Below, piece after piece: positions 1 through 10,860 of a DNA stretch of 64,000 bases. Position 1 is the stretch's first letter. The number at the start of each line of letters is the position of its first letter. The position numbers were made by a program, and so were the translations under genes. Below the pieces are notes generated by a model. It ran no database searches. It was not told where the DNA came from and saw only the letters and a list, made by a program, of their open reading frames with translations. Source of the DNA: an uncultured Holophaga sp. (GTDB lineage Bacteria > Acidobacteriota > Holophagae > Holophagales > Holophagaceae); contig OY761614.1 of assembly GCA_963664825.1 (NCBI GenBank), forward strand, positions 1,824,001 through 1,888,000, read 5' to 3'.

Positions 1-2
1 AC

Positions 3-1046
3 GAAGCCAATTCCGATATCCACGCCGTTATGGTGAAACACTATGAATGGGGTGCCGATGGCCTTGGGAGCGTGGTGCCTGACATCACCACCAAGGCACC
101 GGGCGGAAACAACACCTGGCAGTATCTCTGGAGCATGGGTCCCCAGCTCTCCGAGGATGGGCTCTCGCCCCTGCGTTGGATGTACAAACCCATCTTGGAC
201 GGGATCAGCCCCGATGCCTGGTTCGAGGGGGTCGGCCTCATGGATTGCCACTACAGCATGGGACCGGCTAACCGGGCCTTCTTCTTCCTGAGTCGGGGCG
301 CCTCCAACGATGCATCGCAGATGACCTACTCTGAGTATCTGCCCGGCGGCATGACCGGCATCGGGAACGACAAGGCCATCCGCATCTGGTTCCACGGCAT
401 GACCACCAAGGTGACGAATCCCGAAGCGGATTACCATGTCATCCGCGAAGCCATGATCGCCTCCGCCAAGGAGCTTTACCCTGGTGCGGGGGATTCCGAC
501 TCCGCGGAGACCGCGGCCTTGAGGAACGCCTTCGCCGCCGTGAACCTGGGAGCCCCTGCGGGTGGCAAGGAACCCGTGACCATCGGATTCCCGACCCATT
601 CCAACCTTCCTTTCAACAACAAGAAGGCTATCTGCTGGCCAGCCATGGTCTCCCTGCCCCTGCCCAAGCCCACCGTGAACAACGCGACGGATAGCTCCGT
701 CACTTGGAATCTGGGAGGTCTGCCCGACGTCACCGTGGGAGGCCGACTGGAGGATGGCGACAAATTCATTGCGCCCTACGTCCCCAAGGGCCGCAATTAC
801 CCGATCAAGGTGAGCAGCAAAGAGGATCCCAAGCGCTTCGCGGTGAACACTGTTTTTGCCATTTCCATGGACCTTGACAACGACTTCGATACCGACGCCT
901 GCGATCTGAGCGCCCTGGCCCACGACTACTACGCCGTGTGGACGCGCTACCCCTCGGCCAACATGCTAGGGAACCCCATGGGCGGATCTGACGATTACGC
1001 CTTCGAGGTGTTCCTGGAAGGCTTCAACAACGCGTTCAACCAGTGA
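3..1046 (+). CDS. M4 (thermolysin-like) metallopeptidase, C-terminal part; 5' end lies outside the window
   Basis: LRWMYKP..DG and DCHYSMGPANRAFFFL match the Peptidase_M4_C pattern. The C-terminal DLDNDFDTDACDL looks like a dockerin/EF-hand loop. Confidence 0.75.
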   Translation, partial: EANSDIHAVMVKHYEWGADGLGSVVPDITTKAPGGNNTWQYLWSMGPQLSEDGLSPLRWMYKPILDGISPDAWFEGVGLMDCHYSMGPANRAFFFLSRGASNDASQMTYSEYLPGGMTGIGNDKAIRIWFHGMTTKVTNPEADYHVIREAMIASAKELYPGAGDSDSAETAALRNAFAAVNLGAPAGGKEPVTIGFPTHSNLPFNNKKAICWPAMVSLPLPKPTVNNATDSSVTWNLGGLPDVTVGGRLEDGDKFIAPYVPKGRNYPIKVSSKEDPKRFAVNTVFAISMDLDNDFDTDACDLSALAHDYYAVWTRYPSANMLGNPMGGSDDYAFEVFLEGFNNAFNQ

Positions 1047-1047
1047 G

Positions 1048-1722
1048 GTGACCGTGAGAATCGCTATTCGTTTGGTATCGCTTGCGGCGCTGCTGCTTGT
1101 CGCTGCATGCGGCGGCGGCCGTGATCATGCCGTCGCCCCCGCCCCGGCTACGGGCCTCTCCTACGTGGATCCCAGCGCTTCCCCATCCGAATGGAAGCTC
1201 GTGAAGGATGTTTCAAGCACCAAGGGAAGCCTCGTGCTGAACCTGGTGGGTCCCTCGGATGGCACCAAGTACAGGGGCGTCGGCTTCACCCTGCAGGCCG
1301 ACACCAAACTGGTGAAGTTCGAGAAGTTCAAGGACTCCAATGACAAGCCTCTGGGCTACTACAAGGATGGCGGCGTTTTCCGGGACACCTTCCTGGACAC
1401 CAGTGACACCACGCCGGTGGATATTCCTCCAACCCTGCAGGTGGGTGGCGTGAACCACGACAAGCTAATGGTTGGCATCTTCCAGAAGGGGGATGACGAG
1501 ATCTTCTACCAGGCTCGAGGCATCCTGGGGCCCAACGCCAAGGGCTGTAACGCCACGGTGCTGCAGGTGGTCATCGCCTTCGACGAAAGCCTGAAGGCTC
1601 CCAAGGGGGATGTTCCCTTGAAGATCCTCAAGGCCAGGGTGATGCCCGAGCACGTCGATGGTTCCCCTCAGGGCCAAATCCAGGACACCCCTCTCAAGGT
1701 GGGGACGCTTACCCTCGATTAG
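1048..1722 (+). CDS. Hypothetical lipoprotein
   Basis: Signal peptide with lipobox LVAAC; starts 1 nt after the peptidase stop. Confidence 0.7.
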   Translation: MTVRIAIRLVSLAALLLVAACGGGRDHAVAPAPATGLSYVDPSASPSEWKLVKDVSSTKGSLVLNLVGPSDGTKYRGVGFTLQADTKLVKFEKFKDSNDKPLGYYKDGGVFRDTFLDTSDTTPVDIPPTLQVGGVNHDKLMVGIFQKGDDEIFYQARGILGPNAKGCNATVLQVVIAFDESLKAPKGDVPLKILKARVMPEHVDGSPQGQIQDTPLKVGTLTLD

Positions 1723-1810
1723 AACCGAGCGCGGACATTTGGAAGGGGTTCTGTGGCATAGAGCGGTTCTTTACTCAAATTCGTAAAAAACATCTCTATA
1801 CCACTGACCC

Positions 1811-2566
1811 ATGGACGTCCGACTCCGACCTTGCATCGCCTCCTCCACGACCGCTATCCATCCTTTGAGGCCGCAACTCATGTCGAATAGTCCTCTTCTG
1901 GCCGCCTATATCCACGACCAGAACAACTTCCTCCAGGTCGTCATCTTCCAGGCGGAGGCATTGAAGAGTTACCTCCTCCACGACGAAGCCGGTTCGCAGG
2001 AATTGAACAAACTTTTCCAGGCTCTGGAGGGCATGAGGCAGATGAATCGGGCTGCCCTTGATGATTTTTCCCATACCCAAGAGGACAGGTCAGTGGGGAT
2101 GATGGCGCCCGACGAGGTCATCCGGAGGACCGTGGCATTGGCCAAATTATGCAACTCCAAAGATGCTCAGATTAAAGTCAACCTCAGTGCCCTGGAAATT
2201 GGCATGCCCATCCCTCAGATCCACCTTCAGCAGGTCCTATTTAATCTCTTGAAAAATGCCCTTGAGGCCGTTCCAGATAAAAAAGGTAATATCTTGGTGG
2301 AGTCCAGTATCCAGCCTCATGGTGGTCGCGACTTAGCTCAACCACATGGACAGGCCCTCTGCATAACAATCACAGACAATGGGCCTGGCATTCCGGAGAT
2401 GATTCGTGACCAAATTTTCGACTGCGGCGTCACGTCCAAGGCCGAAGGCCACGGCCTTGGGCTGTATCACGCCCGAAAGATAGTAAACCGTTACGGTGGT
2501 TCCATCACCCTCTGCCAAAGTCACGTCTTCGGTACGCGGGCGACATTACTCTGGCCCATGGATTAG
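1811..2566 (+). CDS. Sensor-less histidine kinase (HisKA-like + HATPase_c); start may be 1880
   Basis: H-box IHDQNNFL, N-box QVLFNLLKNALEA, G1 DNGPGI, G2 GHGLGL. Confidence 0.8.
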   Translation: MDVRLRPCIASSTTAIHPLRPQLMSNSPLLAAYIHDQNNFLQVVIFQAEALKSYLLHDEAGSQELNKLFQALEGMRQMNRAALDDFSHTQEDRSVGMMAPDEVIRRTVALAKLCNSKDAQIKVNLSALEIGMPIPQIHLQQVLFNLLKNALEAVPDKKGNILVESSIQPHGGRDLAQPHGQALCITITDNGPGIPEMIRDQIFDCGVTSKAEGHGLGLYHARKIVNRYGGSITLCQSHVFGTRATLLWPMD

Positions 2567-3071
2567 AACGCCTAACAAAATCATCTTGTACAAATGTTTT
2601 CAGATACAGAATGTAGACGGATGCTCCGGGATATTTTGCCATTTGAGCTGTGGCAAAATATCGAGCCAGTAACTGCGGAGATGAATCTGCGGGCGGGCAG
2701 GTCACGGAGGCCTGACCGGGGCGTGCTCCGGGGGATCCTGTTCGTGCTGGGAACAATTACCACCTGAGCGCGGAACGGCGATGGATTCCGCTGGCAGCAC
2801 ACATGGGCTCGGCGAACCAGCACGACTCCAAGGTGTTCGAGACTCTGACGGATGCGATCCCGGTGGTGTGAAATGGGCAGCGCATGCAATTTCGCCGATG
2901 CCCGGGAAACTGCGCGCGGACAAGGAATATGACTTTCGGCGATTGGAATCGAAGGAGTGGCTGAGCATCCACAGGTGGGTTGTGGAGCACATTTTTGCGT
3001 GGCTGCATCGATTTCTGCGGTCCGTCCTGCGCCTTGCGGCGAAGCAGCGAGCACTGCGCACGGCCTCCTGA
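2564..3071 (+). pseudogene. Degraded IS5-family transposase remnant
   Basis: Fragments in different frames: PDRGVLRGILFVL (~2711-2750), PGKLRADKEYD and HRWVVEHIFAWLHRF. The sequence TAGAACGCCTAACAAAA at 2564 resembles an IS end. Confidence 0.7.
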
Positions 3072-3081
3072 ATGCAGGGCC

Positions 3082-4152
3082 TCAGCTCAGCTGCTTGAGG
3101 CGTTCGGCTTCGTGAGCGGCGCGGAGGGGTTCCAGGATGGGCTCGATCTGGCCCTGCATGAAGGTCTCCAGGGAATGGATGGTGACATTAACCCGGTGAT
3201 CGGTGACGCGGCTCTGGGGGAAGTTGTAGGTGCGGATCTTCTCGCTGCGGTCCCCTGAGCCCACCTGGGCCTTGCGAATGGCGGAGGACTCGGCGTCGGC
3301 CTCGCCCTGGGCCTTGGCCAACAGGCGGCTGCGCAGCACGGTCATGGCCTTGGCCATGTTCTTGAGTTGGCTGCGCTCGTCCTGGCACTGGACGACGGTA
3401 TTGGTGGGCAGATGCGTCAGGCGCACGGCGGAATAGGTGGTGTTGACGCTCTGGCCGCCCTTGCCGCCGGAACAGAAGGTGTCGATGCGCAGATCCTTCG
3501 GGTGGATCTCGATTTCCACTTCGTCGGCCTCGGGCATGACGGCTACGGTCGCAGCGGAGGTGTGGATGCGTCCTTGAGTCTCGGTCTTGGGCACCCGCTG
3601 AACGCGATGGACGCCGGATTCGAAGCGGAAGACGGAATAGGCGCCCTCTCCCTCGATCTCGGCCGTGGCTTCTTTCAGCCCACCCATATCTGCTTCGCTC
3701 TCGTCGAGCACGGAGACCTTGAAGCCCCTGCGCTCGGCGAAGCGCAAGTACATCCGGAAGAGTTCTCCGGCGAAGAGGGCCGCCTCCTCGCCACCGGTGC
3801 CTGCGCGCACCTCCAGGATGACGTTGCGGGCGTCCTTGGGATCCTTGGGCACCAGTAATTTCCTCAAGTTCATCTCGCCGGCCAGGATGGCCGACTTCAG
3901 ATCGGGGATCTCCAGTTCGGCCATCTCCCGCAATTCGGCCTCCATGGCACGATCGGCCAGGATCTCCTCGGCTTCCTTTAGCTGCTGGATCCGCGTGCGC
4001 TGGGCCTGCCAGGCCTGGACCACGGGCTCCAGTTCGGCGCGAAGCTTGGCCAATTCCCGCAGCTTCTTCGGGTCGCTGACGCTGGCCGGATCCTGGAGTT
4101 GGGCTTCCACCTGCTGGAACTTGGCATCGAGGGCTTCGAGCTGGTCGAACAT
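3082..4152 (-). CDS. prfA: Peptide chain release factor 1
   Basis: GGQ motif (GGKGGQSVN), PxT motif (VPKTE), EVRAGTGGEEAALF. Confidence 0.97.
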   Translation of the reverse strand: MFDQLEALDAKFQQVEAQLQDPASVSDPKKLRELAKLRAELEPVVQAWQAQRTRIQQLKEAEEILADRAMEAELREMAELEIPDLKSAILAGEMNLRKLLVPKDPKDARNVILEVRAGTGGEEAALFAGELFRMYLRFAERRGFKVSVLDESEADMGGLKEATAEIEGEGAYSVFRFESGVHRVQRVPKTETQGRIHTSAATVAVMPEADEVEIEIHPKDLRIDTFCSGGKGGQSVNTTYSAVRLTHLPTNTVVQCQDERSQLKNMAKAMTVLRSRLLAKAQGEADAESSAIRKAQVGSGDRSEKIRTYNFPQSRVTDHRVNVTIHSLETFMQGQIEPILEPLRAAHEAERLKQLS

Positions 4153-4215
4153 GGGGCACCGGGTAGAGGAAATGCGGAACCGAGATTCATCCCCGAGGGC
4201 GCGGCGAGCCTCCGG

Positions 4216-4251
4216 AAAACAAAAAGAACGGGCCGATAATTCGGCCCGTTC
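4216..4251 (-). terminator. Intrinsic terminator after rpmE
   Basis: GAACGGGCCGA-taat-TCGGCCCGTTC hairpin followed by a T tract on the minus strand. Confidence 0.7.
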
Positions 4252-4266
4252 CATGGATCAGCTTAG

Positions 4267-4545
4267 CTACTGGGCTTCGACGGCCGGTGTGGCTTCGACG
4301 GCAGCGGCATCGACGACGGGAGCGGTCTCCGCAACGGGAGCCACTTCCTTCTTCGCATACTTCCGGTTGAACTTCTCGACCCGGCCGGTGATGGTCATGT
4401 CGCGCTGCTTGCCGGTGTAGAAGTTGTGGCAGGCAGAGCAGACTTCGACGCGCATCTCCTTCTTGGTGGAGCGGGTCTGGAATTCGCTGCCGCACTGGCA
4501 GTGAGCCGTCACTTCATGCAGCTCGGGGTGAATCTTGGGCTTCAT
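4267..4545 (-). CDS. rpmE: 50S ribosomal protein L31 (Zn-binding type)
   Basis: MKPKIHP..CQCG..CSACHNFYTGKQ..GRVEKFNRKY; AGGAGG Shine-Dalgarno (SD). Confidence 0.96.
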   Translation of the reverse strand: MKPKIHPELHEVTAHCQCGSEFQTRSTKKEMRVEVCSACHNFYTGKQRDMTITGRVEKFNRKYAKKEVAPVAETAPVVDAAAVEATPAVEAQ

Positions 4546-4742
4546 GGCTTCCTCCTGGAACCGACCGGAGGCATCGAGGCCCGCGGCTTGTTCACGCATA
4601 AGAGAACCAGTCTACCCCGGGAATCCAGGGGGCTCAACGGAAATTCCTAAGTCGTTGTACCGAAATAACCATTCCCTTGGGATGGCGCCAACGACATGAG
4701 GGGCCGTAACGCAAGCATCAGGAAGGCAATTCGTAACGGCCC

Positions 4743-5492
4743 CTAATGTTCGCCGTGGGGGGCAAGCACCCAGCGGCCCGCCATCACGCGCCGCAGGTTC
4801 AAGGCCACCAGCACCGCCAACGTGAGCGTGAAGTTGAAGGTCATCTCGAAAACCCAGCCGTAGTGCCACCGGGGATGGAAGAAGTGGAACTGGAGAAAAT
4901 CCAGCACCGTGAAGGCGAGCGTCTCCAGGATCGGTTGCCAGGCCGGACGGCCCTCGGAATGCCGCTCCACCAGGTATCCCGTGAAGGCACCATACATGAG
5001 GCGGCTGTAGAGGAATCTCCGGCCCGTGAATCCCAGCGGCGTGGCCAGCAGGGCTCCAAAGGAGAGGGAGAGCAGGATCCTCAGGCCGGTTCCGAAACGC
5101 CGCCAGCGGCTCCGCACCAGGAAGATGCCCGTGCCCACGGCGAAGCCGTGGGCCGTACCGAAGACCAGGGCGAAGTGCCAGGGCCATCCCCCCTGAAGCC
5201 ATAGGTAGCTGCCGGTGACCAGACCCAGCAGCGCTCCCGCCAGCAGGGCCGTCTCTGAGCGATGGGTGGTGTCGCCGCTTTCTCCGCTAGTGATCTCCCG
5301 GGCCAAGGCCTCGGGTGTCTCCTTTTCCGCGAGAAGAATACGCATGCCGGCCTCGTCCTGGATGCCCCGGGCGTCGGCCTCGTCCAGCAGATGGCCCTCC
5401 AGTTCCCGAACCACGAGACGACGGCGGCTGGCACCCAGCCTGGAGAGGCCCTGGGTGACCTCGCTGAGGTAGGCGGATAGAGCCTGGCTCAC
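4743..5492 (-). CDS. PadR-associated membrane protein (N-terminal HAAS-like helix bundle)
   Basis: YL..V..GL..L....RELEGHL N-terminus, several TM helices, downstream of PadR; GTG start. Confidence 0.65.
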   Translation of the reverse strand: MSQALSAYLSEVTQGLSRLGASRRRLVVRELEGHLLDEADARGIQDEAGMRILLAEKETPEALAREITSGESGDTTHRSETALLAGALLGLVTGSYLWLQGGWPWHFALVFGTAHGFAVGTGIFLVRSRWRRFGTGLRILLSLSFGALLATPLGFTGRRFLYSRLMYGAFTGYLVERHSEGRPAWQPILETLAFTVLDFLQFHFFHPRWHYGWVFEMTFNFTLTLAVLVALNLRRVMAGRWVLAPHGEH

Positions 5493-5547
5493 AGGTGGAC
5501 CCCCTCGAGCGCGGAGGCTCGATGCCAGGTCCCTGTGAACCGGAGAA

Positions 5548-5874
5548 TCATGCCTTGGGCCCCACGAAGACGTCCACCATCGCCACGAAGGCGCTCCATT
5601 CCTGCTTCTTGGCCTCGAGGAAGGATTTCCCCGCGGGCTGAAGGGAATAGTAGCGGCGGTCCCGGCCATTGGGCTGGGTCTGCCAGTACGACGTGATGAA
5701 TTCGGTGGCTTCCAGCTTATGGAGGGCGGGATAGAGTGCGCCCTCCTTAAGTGTGTACGACCCGTCCGTGCGCTGTTTCACGGTTTCGATGATCTGATAG
5801 CCGTACATGGGCCCGTCCTCGAGCAAGGATAGGAGCAGGAGCGGGGTGCTCCCTTTGAGCAGTTCACGGTCCAT
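5548..5874 (-). CDS. PadR-family transcriptional regulator
   Basis: LLKG..LLLSLL..PMYGYQI..EGALYPALHKLE..RRYY. Confidence 0.93.
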   Translation of the reverse strand: MDRELLKGSTPLLLLSLLEDGPMYGYQIIETVKQRTDGSYTLKEGALYPALHKLEATEFITSYWQTQPNGRDRRYYSLQPAGKSFLEAKKQEWSAFVAMVDVFVGPKA

Positions 5875-5960
5875 GAGGCCTCCCGTTTAGTCTGATATTT
5901 GCCTCGCAAGGTGATGGTGTCAAGGGCGAGGGGGAAAAATGGCCTTGATTCCCATCGCAT

Positions 5961-7187
5961 TCATCCCCCCCTCATGGCCTCGGTGACAGGGATCCGGCTG
6001 GCTTTCCAGGCAGGTAGGAAGCCTCCCAGGATGCCCATGACCAGACTGAAGGCGAGTCCCTGGCTCACCAGGGTCGGGGTGACGGCAAAGGCGTAGCCCA
6101 CATCGGAGAACGTCCTCATGCTGGTGGCGCCGGTCTGCATGCCGTTGAAGCAGAAGGCCAACCCGCAGCCCAGGACGCCTCCTAGCAGGGTCAGGAGGAT
6201 GGCCTCCAGCTGGAAGCTGGCCAGGATCTCCCGCCTCCGGTACCCCAGGGCTCGAAGGGTCCCGATCTCCGGCGTGCGGCCCGCGATGGCGGAATACATC
6301 GTGTTCATGGCCGCGAAGATCGCGCCTACCGTGAGGATCCCCGTGATGATCTGGCCGAGGATCTGCATGGGCCTCCCCGCGTCACCCAGCTCCGCGAAGT
6401 ACCGGGGCTCGGTCCTGGCCTCCAATTTGAGCCGCACATCCTGCTCCATGGCCGCGATGAAGGCAGGGGCGTCCTCGGGTTGGCGCAGGCGGACCAGGAC
6501 ACTCGAGAAGGCATTCCACCGATGGAAGGCCTGCACCAAGTCATTGGCGTCGATCCATAGCTCGGAATCGAAGGCGCTGCCGCTCCCATCGAAGACACCC
6601 ACCACCGTCCAACTCCGAGCAGCCATCTGGAAACTGCGGCCCAGTTCCAGGCCTATGTATTTCCCCATCAATCGCCGGGGCACAACGACCTCGCTGAGGT
6701 TGGGCCTGAACCAACGCCCCTGCACCAGTCGCACCTGGCTACGCATGCGGATGCCCGCAGGACTCGTCCCGCGCACGGCTATGGACATGCTGCCCGTGCC
6801 ATCGGCCAGGGCCACCTGCTTGGTGACCACCGCGTCCGCAGTCACGAGGGGACCCAGCTCATCCTGGGCGATGAGGGGATGGGTGGAGATGAGCCGCGCC
6901 TGGTCCCGCGTCACCACGCTCATCAATTCGACCCGAGCATTGGGTCGGATGACCATTACCTGATCCTCGCGTCCACTCTTCACGTAGGTCTTCTCCACCC
7001 CGGCAGCCATGGATCTCACCACCACGAAGATCATCACCACGATAGCCACGGCCCCCATGGTGGCCAGGGTTCCCACCCAGCGCTGCCAGAGGGATCGCCA
7101 GTTGTAGAGGAGGGGCACGGGATAGCGAAAGATCGCCCAGACGAGCCAGACGGCATACGGTGCGAGAAGGAGGAGGAGCCACGGCAT
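5961..7187 (-). CDS. ABC transporter permease (MacB/FtsX-like)
   Basis: RTPEIGTLRALGY motif, 4-TM topology; TGATG overlap with the upstream gene. Confidence 0.9.
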   Translation of the reverse strand: MPWLLLLLAPYAVWLVWAIFRYPVPLLYNWRSLWQRWVGTLATMGAVAIVVMIFVVVRSMAAGVEKTYVKSGREDQVMVIRPNARVELMSVVTRDQARLISTHPLIAQDELGPLVTADAVVTKQVALADGTGSMSIAVRGTSPAGIRMRSQVRLVQGRWFRPNLSEVVVPRRLMGKYIGLELGRSFQMAARSWTVVGVFDGSGSAFDSELWIDANDLVQAFHRWNAFSSVLVRLRQPEDAPAFIAAMEQDVRLKLEARTEPRYFAELGDAGRPMQILGQIITGILTVGAIFAAMNTMYSAIAGRTPEIGTLRALGYRRREILASFQLEAILLTLLGGVLGCGLAFCFNGMQTGATSMRTFSDVGYAFAVTPTLVSQGLAFSLVMGILGGFLPAWKASRIPVTEAMRGG

Positions 7188-8350
7188 CACAGCGACCTCA
7201 AGGCCTGCACGATGGGCTTGCGACTGGCCTGGTAGGCGGGAATGAAGGTGGATAGGAGGCCCACGGCCAGGGTGCCCAGGGCGCACAGCAGCAGGATGTC
7301 GGGGCTGATATGGAAATCCGCCATCCAGGGCAGGATGGCACTGACCAAACCGGCCAGGACCTTGGCGGCCAGCACCGCCATGCCGAGGCCGAAGACACTG
7401 CCCAGGAGGGCCAGCAGGAAGCCTTCGGCCATGAGCAAGCCCATCACCCTGCCCCTGGTGAACCCCAGGGCGCGCATCACGGCGATCTGGGTGGAGCGTT
7501 CGCGGATGGTCATGGCCATGGTGCTGGCCGTGACCAAGAGGATCGCCACCAGGACCGCACTGGTGATGGAGTGCAGCAGGGTGGCGAAATCGCCAAACAT
7601 CTTCATCATGTTCTGGTTGAACGCGTTCTCGCTCATGGAGAGGGTCTCGGGAGAGGCGTTGGCGAAGTTCCTATCGATGCGCTCGCAGAGCTTCGGGATA
7701 TCCCCGGAATGCCTGGCCCTGGCGATGAAAGCGCCCACGCGGCCCTTCATCCAGGGCACCGATTCCTGGACCTGTTTGAGATCGAAGACCAATCCCAACT
7801 CATCGGAGGGGCGCTTGCCCTGGAAGATGGCCCGCAGGTTCAGCCGGACCGTCATGTTGAAGATGGGGCTGCGCAAGGGCACCACATCTCCCAGCTTCCA
7901 GCCGAACCTGTCGGCCAGGGTCTTCCCGACCACGCACCCATTGCCATCCATCAGGAAATCCCTCACCTGCCCTGGAGGCCAGGCATCCAGGCCCACTTCC
8001 TCCCGATAGACCTTGAGATAGGATTCCTTTTCCACCGCGAAGTTCGCGAAGAAGTTCTTGGGGTCCTTGTACTCGCCGCCGAACCACTGGAACTGGGTCA
8101 CGGCCTCGATCTCGGGCTGGGCGCGAAGAAAGGAACCGTAGCTTTCGGGAATCGCGTTGGTGAAGGAGGCCTTGTCCTGGACCACCAGTCTGGATCCGCT
8201 GGCGGCGCTGGTGGTGAGGGCGTCCAGGGTTCCCAGGAAGCCATGCATGAGCGCCACCAGGAACACGGAGAGGGAGATGAAGGACAGCACCAGCATCGTC
8301 CGCAGGCGGGAGCGGAAGAGGGAGCGGATAACGAGGCTGAGGAATTTCAC
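7187..8350 (-). CDS. ABC transporter permease (MacB/FtsX-like)
   Basis: [16 protein letters not shown] motif, periplasmic loop. Confidence 0.9.
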   Translation of the reverse strand: MKFLSLVIRSLFRSRLRTMLVLSFISLSVFLVALMHGFLGTLDALTTSAASGSRLVVQDKASFTNAIPESYGSFLRAQPEIEAVTQFQWFGGEYKDPKNFFANFAVEKESYLKVYREEVGLDAWPPGQVRDFLMDGNGCVVGKTLADRFGWKLGDVVPLRSPIFNMTVRLNLRAIFQGKRPSDELGLVFDLKQVQESVPWMKGRVGAFIARARHSGDIPKLCERIDRNFANASPETLSMSENAFNQNMMKMFGDFATLLHSITSAVLVAILLVTASTMAMTIRERSTQIAVMRALGFTRGRVMGLLMAEGFLLALLGSVFGLGMAVLAAKVLAGLVSAILPWMADFHISPDILLLCALGTLAVGLLSTFIPAYQASRKPIVQALRSL

Positions 8351-8467
8351 AGGGATGGATGCCTAAGGATGCAATTCGAAGCCACGACGAGGGGTGCTGG
8401 GGTCTCACGCATCGCCGCAGGCGATACCGAGATAACGAGGCTGAAGAATTTCAAGGGAGTCCATGCC
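8327..8467. repeat. Imperfect direct duplication of the gene junction (~37 bp, period 104)
   Basis: GATAACGAGGCTGA(G/A)GAATTTCA at 8327 and 8431. Confidence 0.75.
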
Positions 8468-9209
8468 CGCTGAGGAGGGGTTCCAGATGGGGCAGCTCGT
8501 GGACCTCCACGGTCCGATCCAGCACGCCCTTCTCCAGGTGGATCTGGAAATGGGCATGGCGCGCCGCCTTGGGATCGTGGGTGACGATCACGATGGTCTT
8601 GCCCAGTTCCTGGTTGAGGTGCTGGATGAGGTTCAGGGCCTCTTCGGCGTTCCGGGCATCCAGCGCCCCCGTGGGCTCGTCGGCCACGATGAGATCGGGG
8701 TCGTGGACGATGGCGCGAGCGATGGCCACTCGCTGTTCCTGGCCTCCGGAGAGCTGCCGGGGATAGTTCTGTGCGCGGTCCAGGAGGTCGACCAACTCGA
8801 GGGCTTCCATCACGCGCTCCCGGCGCTGGCGGCGGGAGAGGTTCGTGAGGAGCAGGGGCAGCTCGATGTTCTCGAAGGCGCTGAGCACGGGGATCAGATG
8901 GTAGTTCTGGAAGATGAAACCCACGTTGGAGGCGCGCCAGGCGGCCAGTGCGTCGTCGTCGAGATCATTGAGCCGGTAGCCACAGACCTCCAGCTCCCCC
9001 CTCGTGGGCCGGTCGATGCCCGCCAGCAGGTTCAGGAGCGTCGTCTTGCCCGATCCGCTGGGACCCATGAGGGCGTAGAAGCCCCCCCGGGGGATGTCCA
9101 GGTCGATGCCCGTCAGAACCGGGATCTCCAGGGATCCCCGGAAGTAGCTCTTGGCCAGATTGCGGAGGCGGATGATGGGTTCGATTGATCCAATGCTGCC
9201 CTTGAACAT
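8451..9209 (-). CDS. ABC transporter ATP-binding protein (LolD/MacB-like)
   Basis: Walker [14 protein letters not shown] signature, [13 protein letters not shown]. Confidence 0.95.
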   Translation of the reverse strand: MFKGSIGSIEPIIRLRNLAKSYFRGSLEIPVLTGIDLDIPRGGFYALMGPSGSGKTTLLNLLAGIDRPTRGELEVCGYRLNDLDDDALAAWRASNVGFIFQNYHLIPVLSAFENIELPLLLTNLSRRQRRERVMEALELVDLLDRAQNYPRQLSGGQEQRVAIARAIVHDPDLIVADEPTGALDARNAEEALNLIQHLNQELGKTIVIVTHDPKAARHAHFQIHLEKGVLDRTVEVHELPHLEPLLSGHGLP

Positions 9210-9211
9210 GG

Positions 9212-10402
9212 TCACGGCTCCCTGACCCGGACCCGCCTGCCTTCCTCCAGCTTCAGCTCCTGGGGCACCACCAGGATCGGGAAATCGGAGGAGAGGCCCT
9301 TCACCTGGTAGCCCACCGGGTTCTCTTCGCCCAGTTCCACGGGCACCAGCGCGGCCCTCCCCTCCCTGAGGGTCCACAGGAAGGGCCTGCCCTGGCGGCG
9401 CACCACCTGTTCCCGGCCGATGAACAACATCGCCTCCCGGAAGGGGGCTCCCAGGAAGGTGACCTTGGCTCCCATGTCGGGGAGGAGGCTGGGGTGCCGG
9501 TCCCGCAGGGCGACCCGCACCACCACCACGGCCTTCTGGCGACTGGAGGTGGGGTAGATCTCCCGCAGCTCGCCCCGGAGGGGCCTGGCCCCGGGTTCGG
9601 CCTCCAGGGCATCCACCCTGATTTCCGCAGGCATGCCTTTTTTCAGCTTCACGATGCCCGTTTCGTTGACTTCCACCTCGAGCTCCAGGCTATCGAAATC
9701 GGCGAGGATCGCCACGGCGTTGATGGCGTTGGCGCCCCCGGCGCTGCCCGGGCTCACGGTTTCGCCCACTTCCGAGAGCTTCTGGGTCACGGTGCCCGTG
9801 AAGGGGGCCCGCAGGACCATGTTCTCCAGGACGGCCTCCTGGTAGCGCAGCTGGGCCCTGAGGGTCGCCACGCTGGTGCGCAGGCGATCCAGGCTCGCCC
9901 GGTCCAGGACCCCCTCCCGGGCCAGGGCCTCGCCCCGGGCCAAGTCCTTTTTCGCCAGTTGGAGGCTGGCCGCCGTCTGATCGCGGCCGGCCTGGGTGTC
10001 GGCGTCCTCCAGCCGGGCGATGGCCTGCCCCTTGGTGACCCGGCGCCCCTCTTCCACCCCCAACCAGGCCACGCGCCCAGGCACCTTGGCGCTCACCGTG
10101 GCTCGGTGCCGGGCCACGAGGTACCCACTGGCGGTGAGCACAGGATCGCGGTCGCCAGCCCTGAAGGCCACCGGGCGACTGACCACCAGGTCCAGGGGGG
10201 CGTGTTTGAAGGCGTAGACCAGGGCCCCGGCCGCGATCCCCAGCGCTCCCAGCACCGCCCAGCCCCAGGGGAAGCGTCTCGGGACGCCGGCCCTCGACCT
10301 CCGCCCCAGGGGCTCCGCTCTCCCTTCCCGGGACTCCGGCCGGAGAGGGCCGGACTTTTTGTCTTGGTCGGTGTTGGAGCCTGGATTCGCAGATGGAGAC
10401 AC
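9212..10402 (-). CDS. Periplasmic adaptor / membrane fusion protein (MacA/HlyD-like)
   Basis: TM anchor, VEEG..V.KGQ lipoyl half-motif, LRAPFTGTV. Confidence 0.9.
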   Translation of the reverse strand: MSPSANPGSNTDQDKKSGPLRPESREGRAEPLGRRSRAGVPRRFPWGWAVLGALGIAAGALVYAFKHAPLDLVVSRPVAFRAGDRDPVLTASGYLVARHRATVSAKVPGRVAWLGVEEGRRVTKGQAIARLEDADTQAGRDQTAASLQLAKKDLARGEALAREGVLDRASLDRLRTSVATLRAQLRYQEAVLENMVLRAPFTGTVTQKLSEVGETVSPGSAGGANAINAVAILADFDSLELEVEVNETGIVKLKKGMPAEIRVDALEAEPGARPLRGELREIYPTSSRQKAVVVVRVALRDRHPSLLPDMGAKVTFLGAPFREAMLFIGREQVVRRQGRPFLWTLREGRAALVPVELGEENPVGYQVKGLSSDFPILVVPQELKLEEGRRVRVREP

Positions 10403-10479
10403 GGCGTCCTCGCTTCGTCCTGGAATTGGAGGTGCAGACCCCTTCCGTGGGGACCGGGGATGATATTGAACGGACAGTC

Positions 10480-10830
10480 TTATCGGCGCGGCAGTGTCTG
10501 GCGACCCTCGGCGGCCATGGCTGCGGCGTAGGCGTCGGGTCCGAGCTCCCGCAGGCGCTGGATGCAAGCCTGTCGGTTCGAATTGAACAGCAGGCCGAAG
10601 ACCTTGCCCATGAAGTTGTTAAAGGTGGGGCAGGAGGATGGATCTGGATGGGCCTGGCACTGGGCGCAGGTGGGGATGCCCTTTTCCAGGCAGCACTTTC
10701 GCACACCACACCAGGAGGCCTTCACATTGTCCCGGCATCCCGGGCACTTTCCCGAGCGCTGGCGCCGACAGGCCCCGCAGTAGAGGCCACAGGCGGCGAT
10801 GAGGGAGGGATCGGCGGCGCTCGGAAACAT
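10480..10830 (-). CDS. Cys-rich DUF3795-like protein
   Basis: IAACGLYCGAC..CPGC..C.VRKCC..CAQC. Confidence 0.8.
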   Translation of the reverse strand: MFPSAADPSLIAACGLYCGACRRQRSGKCPGCRDNVKASWCGVRKCCLEKGIPTCAQCQAHPDPSSCPTFNNFMGKVFGLLFNSNRQACIQRLRELGPDAYAAAMAAEGRQTLPRR

Positions 10831-10860
10831 GGGTGCTCCTGATGAGGGGCTTCCAGTTTC

